From Cyanobacteria bacterium auto_48_18 (GTDB taxonomy: Bacteria; Cyanobacteriota; Vampirovibrionia; Obscuribacterales; Obscuribacteraceae), in the NCBI GenBank assembly GCA_036170915.1, contig JAVHQC010000015.1:32001-96000 (forward strand): a stretch of 64,000 nt of DNA, written 5' to 3'. The notes under the pieces were generated by a model, which had not been told where the DNA came from, searched no databases, and saw nothing but the letters and a program-made list of their open reading frames with translations. The position numbers were made by a program, and so were the translations under genes. Numbering within the stretch: position 1 is the first letter of the stretch; every line of letters starts with the position of its first letter. Shown here in pieces: positions 30,840-41,022 of the stretch.

Positions 30840-31847
30840 ATGCCTGGTGTGGTTATTCGCTTGAAATCATTTCCGCTATTAGCTTTTTGCCTGGCCGCTT
30901 TGTTGACAGCGGCTCCTGCGGCGGAGGCTCTTGGCCAGGTGGACGGCAAGCAGCAAGAGAGCCTGGGCGCGAGGCTGAAAGCGGTAGATTTGCTGATTAA
31001 AGAAGGCTCGCTTTTGCCTGCTCGGTCGGCTGTGGAAAATTTGCTTGGCCAATATCCAGATGATACCGATGTGGCCCTGAGCGCGGCAAGGCTCTACGAA
31101 AAAATGGGCCTGTCCGCTTTCGCTATTATGCAATTTGAAAAGGTCAGGCAGGTGCGGCCACTTTTGGTGGAGCCTCTGGTTGCCCTGTCTAAACTCCATC
31201 TAGAAAATCTCTCCACCGAATTAGCGGTGCGTTTGGCTAGTGAAGCGGTGTCTATGGAGCCAAAATCGAGGGAGGCTCAACTTGCTCTGGTGACCGCTTT
31301 ACTCGCGGCACAATCTGTCAAGCAAGCGCAGAAACAAGCGGTCATTTTAGATCGAATGTACCCAAACGATCCGCGCGTTGAGCACGTTTTGGCCAATGTC
31401 GCTCAAGCTTTTGGTGAAAATAAAAAGGCCATCGCTTTGATGCGCAAAGCATGCGAAGCGCGTCCGGCAGAGCAATCGTGGTGGCTGGAGCTGGCCGAAC
31501 TTTATAGCGCCAACCAAGATTATGAGAAGGCTCAGGAAGTTTTAAAAGGCGTCTTGAGTCGCGATTCTCAATCTTTGAAAGCCTTAGATCGCTTGGCCCA
31601 CTTGAACGAATTTGCTTTACACGATTATATGGCGGCGCGTGCCAATTACGGCCAAATCAAACAGCTGCTGCCAGATTCTACTTCAGCGCAGGCCGGCATG
31701 AACCGCTGCTTGACGAAACAGGGTGACCTGGCGCTCAATTTGCGCAATTTCGTGCGCAGGCTTTTTCGCCTGCGGGCTAATGAGTTTAAAGATGAAGAGG
31801 GCGCAAGCGATTTGCCTGCGCCCGATACTTCATACGGTGCTCAATAA
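30840..31847 (+). CDS. Secreted TPR protein
   Basis: Signal peptide ending AEA; repeated helical TPR units. Start moved to ATG 30840 because the upstream extension is repeat-derived. Confidence 0.82.
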   Translation: MPGVVIRLKSFPLLAFCLAALLTAAPAAEALGQVDGKQQESLGARLKAVDLLIKEGSLLPARSAVENLLGQYPDDTDVALSAARLYEKMGLSAFAIMQFEKVRQVRPLLVEPLVALSKLHLENLSTELAVRLASEAVSMEPKSREAQLALVTALLAAQSVKQAQKQAVILDRMYPNDPRVEHVLANVAQAFGENKKAIALMRKACEARPAEQSWWLELAELYSANQDYEKAQEVLKGVLSRDSQSLKALDRLAHLNEFALHDYMAARANYGQIKQLLPDSTSAQAGMNRCLTKQGDLALNLRNFVRRLFRLRANEFKDEEGASDLPAPDTSYGAQ

Positions 31848-31863
31848 ATTCAACCTGCTCAGA

Positions 31864-33198
31864 TTACTGGCTGGCTTTGCTCAAGACTCGTTTTGGACCG
31901 TGAATCGGATCTTCAATGACAACGGTTTTGTCGCGAGTTGGTCCTACGCTGACGATTGCCACTGGGCAATCTAATTCTTCAGCGATAAAGTCGAGATAAC
32001 GTTTTGCTTCTAATGGCAATTCGTCGAAGCTCGTGATTTTATAGGTTGGTGTTTTCCAGCCCGGGAAGACCTTGTAGACAGGTTCCATGCGTTTGAATTG
32101 TGAGCCGATAGAAGGCAATTCTTTGTGAATGGTGCCATCTTTTTTGTCTTTGTAGGCGACGCATATTTTGATTTCGTCGAATTCGTCCATTACATCGAGC
32201 TTTGTGATCGCCAGGCAATCCAGACCATTGATGCGCACGGCATAACGACCGATGACGGTATCAAACCAGCCGCAGCGTCTTGGGCGCCCGGTGGTCACGC
32301 CAACTTCAGCCCATGGTTTGCCGGTTTGACGCAACATTTCGCCTTCGGCACCATCTTGTTCAGTAGGGAATGGACCTTCGCCCACTCTGGTCATGAATGC
32401 TTTGGAGATGCCAATAACACGGTCGATAATGGTTGGTCCGATACCGGCTCCGATGCAGGCACCACCGGCGGTGGGGCTGGAGCTGGTGACGAATGGATAG
32501 CTGCCATGATCTAGATCGAGCATGGTGCCTTGCGCGCCTTCAAACAAAATGTTCTTTTTGTTTTGTACGGCATTGAAAATAAGCTCTGAAGTATCGCAAA
32601 CATATTTGCGCATTTGATCGCCGTACGATGCGTACTCTTCCAAAATTTCGTTAAGATCAAATGGTGGATGATTGTACATGCGCTCAAGCAGCACGTTTTT
32701 GCGAGGCACCATCCACTCTAATTTTTCTTTCAAGACTTCTCTGTCGAGCAAGTCTTCCATGCGAATGCCTGAGCGTGCGCATTTGTCGGCGTAGGTTGGT
32801 CCGATACCACGTTTGGTGGTGCCGATTTTATTATCGCCGCGGCTTTCTTCTTCAGCAGCATCGAGTGCCAGGTGATAAGGCATGGTGACGTGGGCTGAGG
32901 CCGAGACTTTCAGTTTCGAATCATCGAGACCGCGCTCTGTCAGCGATTTCACTTCTTTAATGAATGCTTTGGGGTCAATAACCATGCCCGGTCCGAGCAC
33001 GCAGATTTTTCCCGGATAAAGAATCCCGGAAGGAATAAGGTGGAATTTGTAGGTTTCTTTACCTACAACCACTGTGTGACCGGCGTTGGCGCCGCCCTGA
33101 TATCTCACCACGATGTCGGCATTATTGGCTAAAAGGTCAGTGACTTTTGCCTTTCCTTCATCTCCAAATTGTGCTCCGACGACAACTACATTAGCCAA
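31864..33198 (-). CDS. purA: Adenylosuccinate synthetase
   Basis: [48 protein letters not shown] start. Confidence 0.99.
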   Translation of the reverse strand: MANVVVVGAQFGDEGKAKVTDLLANNADIVVRYQGGANAGHTVVVGKETYKFHLIPSGILYPGKICVLGPGMVIDPKAFIKEVKSLTERGLDDSKLKVSASAHVTMPYHLALDAAEEESRGDNKIGTTKRGIGPTYADKCARSGIRMEDLLDREVLKEKLEWMVPRKNVLLERMYNHPPFDLNEILEEYASYGDQMRKYVCDTSELIFNAVQNKKNILFEGAQGTMLDLDHGSYPFVTSSSPTAGGACIGAGIGPTIIDRVIGISKAFMTRVGEGPFPTEQDGAEGEMLRQTGKPWAEVGVTTGRPRRCGWFDTVIGRYAVRINGLDCLAITKLDVMDEFDEIKICVAYKDKKDGTIHKELPSIGSQFKRMEPVYKVFPGWKTPTYKITSFDELPLEAKRYLDFIAEELDCPVAIVSVGPTRDKTVVIEDPIHGPKRVLSKASQ

Positions 33199-33452
33199 GG
33201 TTCTTTTCTCTCCAGACGAGACCGATAATTAAGCCAAAATGCAGCAGGAGGTTGCTTTGCGTTTCGAACGTTTTGCCGGCCACCTTTGTTTAAGGCAATC
33301 AACTAAAACCTTCGATTTCCGCAAAAAGGCACAGGGACCTGATCTCAGTAGTCAGTATTTTCCCGCGCACGTTTTTTTTGACCCGAGATAGTGTAGGCGA
33401 CTCGCCAAGAGCTGTCAATTATTCGAAGCCAATAGACGATAATATTACTTAC

Positions 33453-34493
33453 ATGCAAATGCTCTTTACTCCTGAACTGATGGCAAGACAAACGGTGGCC
33501 GCTCGTTTGCTGGCCAGTGGCGTGGCTCAAGAAAAACTGGCCCATGCACTACTTTTGACCGGTCGCGCCCACGAAGACAAGTGGTTGATCGCCCGCCAGC
33601 TCACAGCTTTTCTTAATTGTAGTAAGGAAGACAAACTTCATCGCGGCGCCTGCCTGCTCAAGTGGCAAGAGACCTGTGTCGAAGAAGATGGCACTGCTGC
33701 TGCCGACCTCTCAGCGGCGGTCTTGAGCGATTTAGCTTTAGCCTGTCAGAATTGTCGCTGGCTCTTTCAAGATCAGCATCCGAAAGCCTGGATTGTGCTT
33801 TCGGCAGATGCCGGCAAGAGCGGCAAGATTCCCGTGGAGTCTGCAAGGCTGCTATCTGAAGAACTGGGCCGCACCTCCAACTATTTCCGCATAGTAGTAG
33901 TTGAAGAGGCTAAGGAAGCCGCTTTCCATCGGCCAGCCGCTAATGCTTTGTTAAAAACTATTGAAGAGCCCAAGTCACCTTCTTTGTTTCTCTTGTTTAG
34001 CCAGACTGCGGATGATGTACTGACGACTATTGTCAGTCGCTGTCAGGTCGTTCCTTTAAACAATCGCATTGCCGATAATGTCGGCCCTGTGGCCAAATTG
34101 GTCATTAGAGATAGCTTGCAAATTGCTGCCGGTTCGCTCAAAACCCAGGAAGTCAATCGAGAACTGGCATTGAAACTAGCTGAAATGCCGTTTTTGCAAA
34201 AAAACAAAGCCAATGCCAGGCATGCACTTAACCTTGCTTCATCGCTTCATCAGCTGCTTGATGAAGATTTCGAAGCTGATCAAATTATTGACGCATTAGT
34301 CAACCATGAGTTAAAAGCCCTTACTACGGCCAGTTTGACCGACTCACGCTCTACGGCATACTTGGCAAAACTGTTGAAAATCAGCGAAGATGCCAAGCGT
34401 CAGATTGATCAATATGTGTCAAAGAAGGCAGTTTGCGAATCTTTTGTTTTAACTTGGCACGATTTGAGGCAAAATTTTAATAGCAGGTTTTGA
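33453..34493 (+). CDS. holB: DNA polymerase III delta' subunit
   Basis: LAHALLLTG, Zn module C...C...CQNC, AANALLKTIEEP, TIVSRCQ; start position uncertain. Confidence 0.85.
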   Translation: MQMLFTPELMARQTVAARLLASGVAQEKLAHALLLTGRAHEDKWLIARQLTAFLNCSKEDKLHRGACLLKWQETCVEEDGTAAADLSAAVLSDLALACQNCRWLFQDQHPKAWIVLSADAGKSGKIPVESARLLSEELGRTSNYFRIVVVEEAKEAAFHRPAANALLKTIEEPKSPSLFLLFSQTADDVLTTIVSRCQVVPLNNRIADNVGPVAKLVIRDSLQIAAGSLKTQEVNRELALKLAEMPFLQKNKANARHALNLASSLHQLLDEDFEADQIIDALVNHELKALTTASLTDSRSTAYLAKLLKISEDAKRQIDQYVSKKAVCESFVLTWHDLRQNFNSRF

Positions 34494-34524
34494 TAGCACA
34501 TAGATTGGGAAAATTTTGAGGCTT

Positions 34525-35835
34525 ATGTTTAAGAAGAAGAAAGACGACGCTAGTAGAAAACCTGGTACTCCACAAACACCGGGACAGGCCTTGGGGCAAA
34601 ACCAGCCATCTACACCTGCACCGACGCCTACAACGACACCGACCCCTCCAATAATGTCTGAAAACAGCATTCCGCCAGGTGGTTTAGCGCCTCTGCCTGG
34701 GAGCATCACTGAGAGTGGACGAGTCCCAGGCGGTTTGAAAGCCTCGTTTTCCAATATGCCGGCTGCCGGTTCAGAGGCTGAGCAAGCGGCTCAAGCTGCT
34801 GGGGTGGGGAAAAATCAAAGCAAGACCAGTGTGCTTTTCGACCTGATTATCCCGGTGATAGTGGCGGCTGTTTGCTGCACTGGTTTTGCCTTTACTGTGA
34901 CGCAGGCTAAAGATAAGACCGGCGTTTATGGCCTTACCGCTGAACAACACGATCTTGAAATTCCTGCAAAAGGAAAAGAATTGGCCGAAGAGAGCGTAAT
35001 TGCCGAAATTAACAAATTGCCGCCCTTGAAATTGCTCTCTCAAGGTGAGGTACAACCAGCTCTGGAAGCCGCTAAAGCCCTGGTGGCGAAAAAACCTAAT
35101 GACGTCAAGTCGCTGATGGCGGCCGGTATGGTGATGGTAGAAGCTGGTAGCAAGGCCGATCGAGAAGCTGGTATCAAATATTGCCAGAAAGCTTTCGATC
35201 AGGCTAAGTTCAGCAAATACATTCGCCTGCTTTATGCTCGCGCGCTCACAGTTATGCGGCGCGACGAAGATGCTATTGCCGTATACGAAAAAATTATCGA
35301 GCTTTTCCCAGTAGCCTGGTCCGTGCCCCACAAAGAAATTGCCGTGCTTTACATGAGAACCAACAGCTCGGCTCTGGCGGTTAAAGAATTAGAAGCGCTA
35401 ATCAAGTCTGATAACTCAGATCCCGGCGCTCAAAGAGAACTCGGTTTAGCTCTGGCTCAAGATGGCAAGCAAGAAGAAGGATTTGAAGAGTTTCAAAAAG
35501 GATTCACCCGTGAGCAAGATCTGCTCGGCTATCCCTATGCCGTTAAAGGAATTGTGGAGGCGCACGCTGGTATCGTATCCAGTGCTTTGAAAGACACCGA
35601 AAAACGTTATGCTAAAAATCCTGACGACGTTGAGACCATGCTTACTTTGTCTCGACTCTATATAGCCAGCAATAAGTTCAAAGAAGCGCGCGAAGTGATG
35701 GAAAAGGCTATTAAGCTGAGAGAAAACGACCCAGACGTGCACGAAGTTATGTCAGAGGTTATGTGTCGCCAGAATCAATCGCAATCTGGCTACGACGAGT
35801 TTAGAGCTGCCGCTTCGCATTTGCACTTGAAATAA
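34525..35835 (+). CDS. Membrane-anchored TPR protein with a Pro-rich N-terminus
   Basis: Disordered N-terminus, one TM (LIIPVIVAAVCCTGFAF), multiple TPRs. Confidence 0.82.
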   Translation: MFKKKKDDASRKPGTPQTPGQALGQNQPSTPAPTPTTTPTPPIMSENSIPPGGLAPLPGSITESGRVPGGLKASFSNMPAAGSEAEQAAQAAGVGKNQSKTSVLFDLIIPVIVAAVCCTGFAFTVTQAKDKTGVYGLTAEQHDLEIPAKGKELAEESVIAEINKLPPLKLLSQGEVQPALEAAKALVAKKPNDVKSLMAAGMVMVEAGSKADREAGIKYCQKAFDQAKFSKYIRLLYARALTVMRRDEDAIAVYEKIIELFPVAWSVPHKEIAVLYMRTNSSALAVKELEALIKSDNSDPGAQRELGLALAQDGKQEEGFEEFQKGFTREQDLLGYPYAVKGIVEAHAGIVSSALKDTEKRYAKNPDDVETMLTLSRLYIASNKFKEAREVMEKAIKLRENDPDVHEVMSEVMCRQNQSQSGYDEFRAAASHLHLK

Positions 35836-35863
35836 GACTTGAAGATCAATAATCAAGATTCAG

Positions 35864-35899
35864 AAATCAATAAATCAATAAACCAATAAACCAATAAAC
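35864..35899. repeat. 8-bp tandem repeat AAA(T/C)CAAT x4.5
   Basis: Read directly, between convergent stop codons. Confidence 0.8.
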
Positions 35900-35911
35900 A
35901 GTAATCGATAA

Positions 35912-36916
35912 CTAATTACGTTCAGCTGTCTCTTTTTCTAACTGAGCCAGTTGTTCGTAAAGTACTTTTTCTTTGTCGCTAATTTTGGTCGGAATGGTAA
36001 TTTTGCAGCGCACTAGTTGATCGCCTTTGTGCACATCTCCGCTTGCACCGGCTGCAGCAACCGCCGGCAAACCCTTGCCTTTAAGCCGCAGTAGACGCCC
36101 GTTCTGACTGCCGGCCGGCACTCTAATTTTCACAGGGCCTTCAATTGTTGTAACAACTGCTTCCGAACCAATAACTGCTTGAGCTGGTGTCATTTCCAGT
36201 TCGCAAATAAGATTGTCACCGTCGATGGTGAAATAATTGTGCGGTTTAGCTTTAACTCGCAGGTAAAGGTCGCCTTTTTGTGCGCCACCATTGATAGTGG
36301 CACCTTCACCGGCAATTCTTACTTTTTTGCCTGGGCGAATTCCTGCTGGAATTTTCACTTCAATAGTCTTAGGTTTACCGCCAGGACTGCTTACTTGCAG
36401 CGTTCGGCGGGCACCCTGAGCCAGTTCTTCTACTGTTAGCTCAATATCGGCTTCTTGATCAAGGGTACGCCTCTTGCCACCACCAGCAGGGCCAGGTTGG
36501 GGGCGTCCTTGCTGCCCAGGAGCTGGGCCACCACCCTGCGCACCGCTGCCAAAAGTTTGGCCGAAAAGACTATCGAAGAAATCAGAAAAGGCGCTATTGC
36601 CGCGCAAATCACCAAAATTACCAAATTCAAAGCCGAAGCCACCGTCATTGGCACCACTGGGCTGGGGCGGCGGTCTGAAGTTATCGCCGGCTTTCCAGTC
36701 GGCTCCTAGAGTGTCGTAACGCTTGCGTTTATCTGGATCTTTTAAAACTTCGTAAGCTTCAATCAGTTCTTTGAATTTTTCTTCGGCCGTAGGATCATTT
36801 TTATTAGCGTCGGGGTGTGTTTTTCGCGCCAATTTACGATAGGCGGCCTTGATATCAGCGGCGCTCGCTTTTCTATCAACGCCTAGAATGTCGTAATAGT
36901 CCTTGAACTTGACCAA
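35912..36916 (-). CDS. Class-B DnaJ / CbpA-like chaperone
   Basis: J domain (DYYDILG, HPD), G/F region, no Zn finger, C-terminal domain ([17 protein letters not shown]); TTG start. Confidence 0.93.
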   Translation of the reverse strand: MVKFKDYYDILGVDRKASAADIKAAYRKLARKTHPDANKNDPTAEEKFKELIEAYEVLKDPDKRKRYDTLGADWKAGDNFRPPPQPSGANDGGFGFEFGNFGDLRGNSAFSDFFDSLFGQTFGSGAQGGGPAPGQQGRPQPGPAGGGKRRTLDQEADIELTVEELAQGARRTLQVSSPGGKPKTIEVKIPAGIRPGKKVRIAGEGATINGGAQKGDLYLRVKAKPHNYFTIDGDNLICELEMTPAQAVIGSEAVVTTIEGPVKIRVPAGSQNGRLLRLKGKGLPAVAAAGASGDVHKGDQLVRCKITIPTKISDKEKVLYEQLAQLEKETAERN

Positions 36917-36925
36917 GTGTTCTCT

Positions 36926-37552
36926 CTAAACCGAAATAATTGGGTAGCTGTGACACACTATTATAGCGATCAAGGCTGCTAAATCACGCGACCTGCTGTC
37001 CATAGAAATTGCCTCTGAGTGTTCGACCGCTCTGTGTGCAACGGTACGCACGGTGGCAGGCACTCCTATCAATGGAATGCCGCCGATCCATGGCACCAGG
37101 CCGAGACTGATGAATGGGCCGACATTGAAACTAGTGCGAATCGTGTACTCGTAGATTTTGTTGTTAGGGTCATATGAACCAGTCTTGGGTGTATTGGGTC
37201 CATATTCAACGATAGCTTTTGTGTTGACATCGGTCTCGGTAATGAAAACATTGACTCCGCATCCATTGAGGCCACCCACCGGTGCGAGTCTGGCAAACTG
37301 TCCCATACCGGAAGCTGTGACGGCGTTCGCTTTGGTCTGCACCTTGGTCAGGGCGTCAGGATACGAGCCGGCGTTGGCAGCGTCCACAGCGCACTGTGTG
37401 CCTAGCAAAGCCACGTTGGCGTAACCCATGCCGAAACTGAGAAGGTTGATTAGGGGCAAAGCGATGATAAATAGAAAAATGAAAAGGGCCGGTACAAATT
37501 CGGCCAGTCCCATGCCTCGCTTCCGTCCTGATAAAAGTCTGCACCGAAGCAT
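36926..37552 (-). CDS. TadE/TadG-like minor pilin
   Basis: Basic leader RKRG|MGLAE (Gly-1, Glu+5) followed by a hydrophobic helix. Confidence 0.7.
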   Translation of the reverse strand: MLRCRLLSGRKRGMGLAEFVPALFIFLFIIALPLINLLSFGMGYANVALLGTQCAVDAANAGSYPDALTKVQTKANAVTASGMGQFARLAPVGGLNGCGVNVFITETDVNTKAIVEYGPNTPKTGSYDPNNKIYEYTIRTSFNVGPFISLGLVPWIGGIPLIGVPATVRTVAHRAVEHSEAISMDSRSRDLAALIAIIVCHSYPIISV

Positions 37553-37811
37553 CGAACCCCTCCTTACTTAAATCTGAAATTAAAGGCCCCCATACTCTCT
37601 ACCCCAAAATCACCATTCTCAAGCGGCGGCGAGCTGGACAGCTCAACAGTAAAATTGACATCACCCCTGGTGGCGTGGCGAAAACTGCAGTGTGATAGCA
37701 GTTTGTTTGCGCTGTGATAGAAGATTGATAAGGGTTTGGCTTTGTCTGGGTGGGGAATAAATTAAATGAGATCCAGAAACTTTCTCTGACGGTGGTAAGT
37801 AGCCTGTGTTT

Positions 37812-38294
37812 ATGACTTTGGCGGCTGGACGGACGCGTTACGGCAAAAGACGGCGTGGGCAATCGCTAGTCGAGCTCTGTTGCGGCATTATGGTTTTAGT
37901 GCCGATTGTCTTGGTGCTGTTTGATTTGACCGTTATCGTTCTTGGTGTTCAGCTCAATGACTCCACCTGTCGTGAAGCGGCCCGGGTAGCTTCACTTGGA
38001 GATCCGACCACCTGTACTATCAGGGCCCAGGCTGTCATTAACCGTGCTAATACCAGCGGCAGCTCAATGCTCAGTAACTTCGTTCTCGTTCAATGCAACA
38101 GCACAGTTTCAGCCGGCGATATTACCGCCATGCAACCGTACGGTGGCCCCATCAGCGGCACTGTGTCGGTGGTTACCGAAGTCGATATCAGGCCTTTCGT
38201 AGTTCAATACGTCTATCAAGGCACGAGCCCTCTGAAATTCAGATCGTCCCAGTCCTATCCGTTTACCTATGTCGTTCCAAATACGGCCAGTTAG
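37812..38294 (+). CDS. TadE-like minor pilin
   Basis: RRRG|QSLVE, hydrophobic helix and REAARVA motif typical of TadE. Confidence 0.82.
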   Translation: MTLAAGRTRYGKRRRGQSLVELCCGIMVLVPIVLVLFDLTVIVLGVQLNDSTCREAARVASLGDPTTCTIRAQAVINRANTSGSSMLSNFVLVQCNSTVSAGDITAMQPYGGPISGTVSVVTEVDIRPFVVQYVYQGTSPLKFRSSQSYPFTYVVPNTAS

Positions 38295-38336
38295 TCAGGG
38301 CGCCAATAGCAAGTTCAAAATGAAATTCAAAATACA

Positions 38337-38365
38337 AAAAGGGTAACGCCAAGCGTTACCCTTTT
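38337..38365. terminator. Bidirectional intrinsic terminator between tadE-like gene and rplA
   Basis: AAAA-GGGTAACGC-CAA-GCGTTACCC-TTTT. Confidence 0.9.
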
Positions 38366-38397
38366 AATTGATTTGGTTTTGAACCAAGTGTTTAAGC

Positions 38398-39129
38398 TCA
38401 GGCTTTGATAGCTGCTGGAGCTTTAGCCAGATCTTGCAAAGCGCTGATGTCCATTCTGATGCTTGGGCCCATGGTGGTGCTCAAGTAAACAGTTTTCATG
38501 TAAGCGCCCTTAACGGATGGCGGTTTGATTTTTTGAATTTGATCAACCACTGCAGCCAGGTTTTGCAACAAGCGGCTGTCATCAAACGAAAGTTTGCCGA
38601 TTGCCATTTGCACAACGCCGCCGTCTTTTTCAGCACGGAAAGAAACTTTACCGGCTTTGAGATCCTTAACAGTCTTGCCGACATCAAAAGTCACTGTGCC
38701 ATCTTTCGGGTTAGGCATAAGACCTTTGGGTCCAAGGATTTTACCCATTTTTGAAAGCATGGCCATGGCATCTGGAGTGGCTACTAGTTTGTCGAAATCA
38801 AGCATGCCTTCGCCAATTTGAGCAACCAGTTCATCAGATCCGACAATGTCGGCGCCGGCGTCTTTCGCTTCTTGCACTTTCTCGCCTTTGGCGACTACTG
38901 CAACGCGAACTGTTTTACCGGTACCACCAGGCAATTGCACTGTGCTGCGAATTTGCTGGTCATTCAGCTTAGGATTAACTCCCAGTCTGAAGTGCACTTC
39001 AACTGTAGGATCGAACTTCACTGACTTTTCAGCTTTCAACAATTTGAGCGCTTCTTCTGCTGTGTGGGCAGTATTGTGCTCTGTGTAGAATTTGCCTAAA
39101 GTCTCTTGTCTTTTTGTTAGCGTAGCCAT
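38398..39129 (-). CDS. rplA: 50S ribosomal protein uL1
   Basis: [31 protein letters not shown]. Confidence 0.99.
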   Translation of the reverse strand: MATLTKRQETLGKFYTEHNTAHTAEEALKLLKAEKSVKFDPTVEVHFRLGVNPKLNDQQIRSTVQLPGGTGKTVRVAVVAKGEKVQEAKDAGADIVGSDELVAQIGEGMLDFDKLVATPDAMAMLSKMGKILGPKGLMPNPKDGTVTFDVGKTVKDLKAGKVSFRAEKDGGVVQMAIGKLSFDDSRLLQNLAAVVDQIQKIKPPSVKGAYMKTVYLSTTMGPSIRMDISALQDLAKAPAAIKA

Positions 39130-39169
39130 TTGCGACTTCCCTTGACTCTTGTTCTTAATTACTGAGTAT

Positions 39170-39592
39170 TTAGTCGACGACTAAAATGCCCATGTTTCTT
39201 GCGGTGCCCACAATCATTTTCTCAGCTGCTTCAATGGTGACAGCGTTGAGGTCGGGCATTTTGATCTTGGCGATTTCGGTGACTTTTGCCTTGGTCAAGC
39301 TGCCAACTTTTGTTTTGTTGGGAGCTGCGGAGCCTTTCTCCACATTGGCTGCCTTCTTAATCAGTTCGGCAGACGGAGGTGTTTTCAACACGAAAGTGAA
39401 AGAACGATCCTCGTAGACGGTTATTTCTACTGGGATGATTGTTCCAGCTTTGTCCTGAGTCTTAGCGTTGTATTCTTTGCAAAATTGCATGATGTTAACG
39501 CCGTGTTGACCCAGTGCAGGACCAATGGGCGGTGCTGGATTGGCTTTCCCAGCGGTAATTTGCAATTTGATTTTTCCAACAGCCTTTTTCAC
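39170..39592 (-). CDS. rplK: 50S ribosomal protein uL11
   Basis: [36 protein letters not shown]. Confidence 0.99.
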   Translation of the reverse strand: MKKAVGKIKLQITAGKANPAPPIGPALGQHGVNIMQFCKEYNAKTQDKAGTIIPVEITVYEDRSFTFVLKTPPSAELIKKAANVEKGSAAPNKTKVGSLTKAKVTEIAKIKMPDLNAVTIEAAEKMIVGTARNMGILVVD

Positions 39593-39710
39593 GGTTTTCT
39601 CGGTCCTATTCTAATTAAGGTGGTTAGCGCCGGTCTCTTGAAGAGGCCGTTTCGATGGAAATGCGCGAAATATCGATCATATGGTAGATGGGAGCGTTAG
39701 TCCATCACAT

Positions 39711-40271
39711 TTACACTTTTATAACCTGGTTGAACTCCAGTTCTACTGGTGTGGCCCGGCCGAAGATGATGACAGAGGCCTTGATTCGCTCTCTTTCAAG
39801 GTTGACTTCTGTAACCTCTCCTGTAAAGTCTGCAAACGGTCCGCCTGTGATGCGTACGTAGTCGCCGACCTTGACGTCGATGGCGGCAGGTTTCTTGCCT
39901 TTGAGGCCGGTCATGGCCATTTGACGTCTCAAAATTTTGCGCATTTCAGCGTCTTGAACAGGCGTTGGTTTCTTTCCAGCGCCCACATATTTCGTTACAC
40001 CAGGAGCTTCACGAACTACACGCCAGGAGTCGTCGTCAAGGATCATTTCGACAAAAACGTAACCGGGATATTCGCGTTCACGCTTTTCGATGCGCTTGCC
40101 GTCTTTGACTTTCGTCACCATTTTTTCAGGCACGATTACGCCGAAGATGCGGTCTTGAGCGCCCATAGTAACGATGCGCTTTTCGATGTGCTCCTTCACT
40201 TTATTTTCGTGACCGGAGGCCGTCTGCACTGCGAACCAGCGTCTTTGCCCGTCTGTCTTTATGAAAGCCAT
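39711..40271 (-). CDS. nusG: Transcription elongation factor NusG
   Basis: WFAVQTASGHE, YPGYVFVEM, KOW motif GDYVRITGGPF, IFGRATPVEL; start placed at ATG 40271, after secE. Confidence 0.97.
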   Translation of the reverse strand: MAFIKTDGQRRWFAVQTASGHENKVKEHIEKRIVTMGAQDRIFGVIVPEKMVTKVKDGKRIEKREREYPGYVFVEMILDDDSWRVVREAPGVTKYVGAGKKPTPVQDAEMRKILRRQMAMTGLKGKKPAAIDVKVGDYVRITGGPFADFTGEVTEVNLERERIKASVIIFGRATPVELEFNQVIKV

Positions 40272-40287
40272 TTTGCCATCCCTATTG

Positions 40288-40614
40288 TCAGTGGCCCACG
40301 CCGGCGCCAAGCATTTTTGCCCAGTGATCAAGTGGTCCGAAGATCAGGTTGCCCAGCACCCAGTCGATGCCAAGCACAATCAAAGTTATTGCCGTTACCA
40401 GGAATAAAACACTCCTGGTCTCGCGCAATACTTGCTTACGATCGGGCCATGTAATCTTGCGATGCTCGATGGCAACTTCTTTAAGGAATTGACCCACACC
40501 TGTTACCAGAGAGTGTTTCTTGTCTTCTTGCTTTTCAGGTTGAGTGGTAGACACGGATTGCTCCTGCGTTTTGACCGCTTGGCCCGTCGAGCTGTCCTTT
40601 TCCTTATTTGCCAT
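40288..40614 (-). CDS. secE: Preprotein translocase subunit SecE
   Basis: FLKEVAIEHRKITWPDR followed by one TM; lies between trnW and nusG. Confidence 0.93.
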   Translation of the reverse strand: MANKEKDSSTGQAVKTQEQSVSTTQPEKQEDKKHSLVTGVGQFLKEVAIEHRKITWPDRKQVLRETRSVLFLVTAITLIVLGIDWVLGNLIFGPLDHWAKMLGAGVGH

Positions 40615-40646
40615 CTATATCAAGCCGGCTCCGCTTATATTGAATT

Positions 40647-40717
40647 CGCGCCCTGAAGGAGTCGAACCCTCAACAAAGGTTTTGGAGACCTTCGTTTTAC
40701 CATTAAACTAAGGGCGC
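40647..40717 (-). tRNA. trnW: tRNA-Trp (CCA), 3'-CCA not encoded
   Basis: Acceptor GCGCCCT/AGGGCGC, D loop with TGG, anticodon arm AAGGT-CTCCAAA-ACCTT, T arm GAGGG-TTCGACT-CCTTC, discriminator G. Confidence 0.97.
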
Positions 40718-40770
40718 GTGGGTGGCCGATAACGGCCGTGCAGCGAATTTAGTAGAACAAAGCGCGAGCT

Positions 40771-40938
40771 TTATTTTTTAGTTTCTTTGTGTTCAACGTG
40801 CTTGCGACAGAATTTGCAATATTTTTCCAAATTCAATCTTTCCGGATCATTCTTCTTATTTTTCATGGTTGTGTAGTTGCGTCTTTTGCAAGTTCCACAA
40901 GCCAGTGTGATGATGATACGGTCGTCTTTCTTGGCCAT
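40771..40938 (-). CDS. rpmG: 50S ribosomal protein bL33, Zn-binding C+ form (missed by the ORF track)
   Basis: [55 protein letters not shown], 55 aa; GGAG SD. Confidence 0.98.
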   Translation of the reverse strand: MAKKDDRIIITLACGTCKRRNYTTMKNKKNDPERLNLEKYCKFCRKHVEHKETKK

Positions 40939-40989
40939 GACAAATACTCCAAACTTGTTTGAGAGATTTCAGTCTCTAAAACAAGACAG

Positions 40990-41012
40990 AAAAAAGAAGC
41001 CTCCTCGGAGGC
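40990..41012 (-). terminator. Terminator-like hairpin in the rpmG leader
   Basis: GCCUC-CGAG-GAGGC followed by UUCUUUUUU. Confidence 0.5.
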
Positions 41013-41022
41013 GTCAATGGAG

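Noticed and set aside
39593..39710. Possible uL1 autoregulatory site upstream of rplK
   Set aside because: Hairpins and a GGCGCUAACCAC segment are present, but I could not find the matching 5' GGGAG-type strand. A covariance-model search is needed.
39681..40454. 257-aa plus-strand ORF
   Set aside because: It is an antisense shadow of nusG and secE, with no protein-like motifs.
40600..40760. tRNA-Trp as an integration site for a mobile element
   Set aside because: It is flanked by rpmG and secE, with no integrase or duplicated tRNA 3' end seen in the window.
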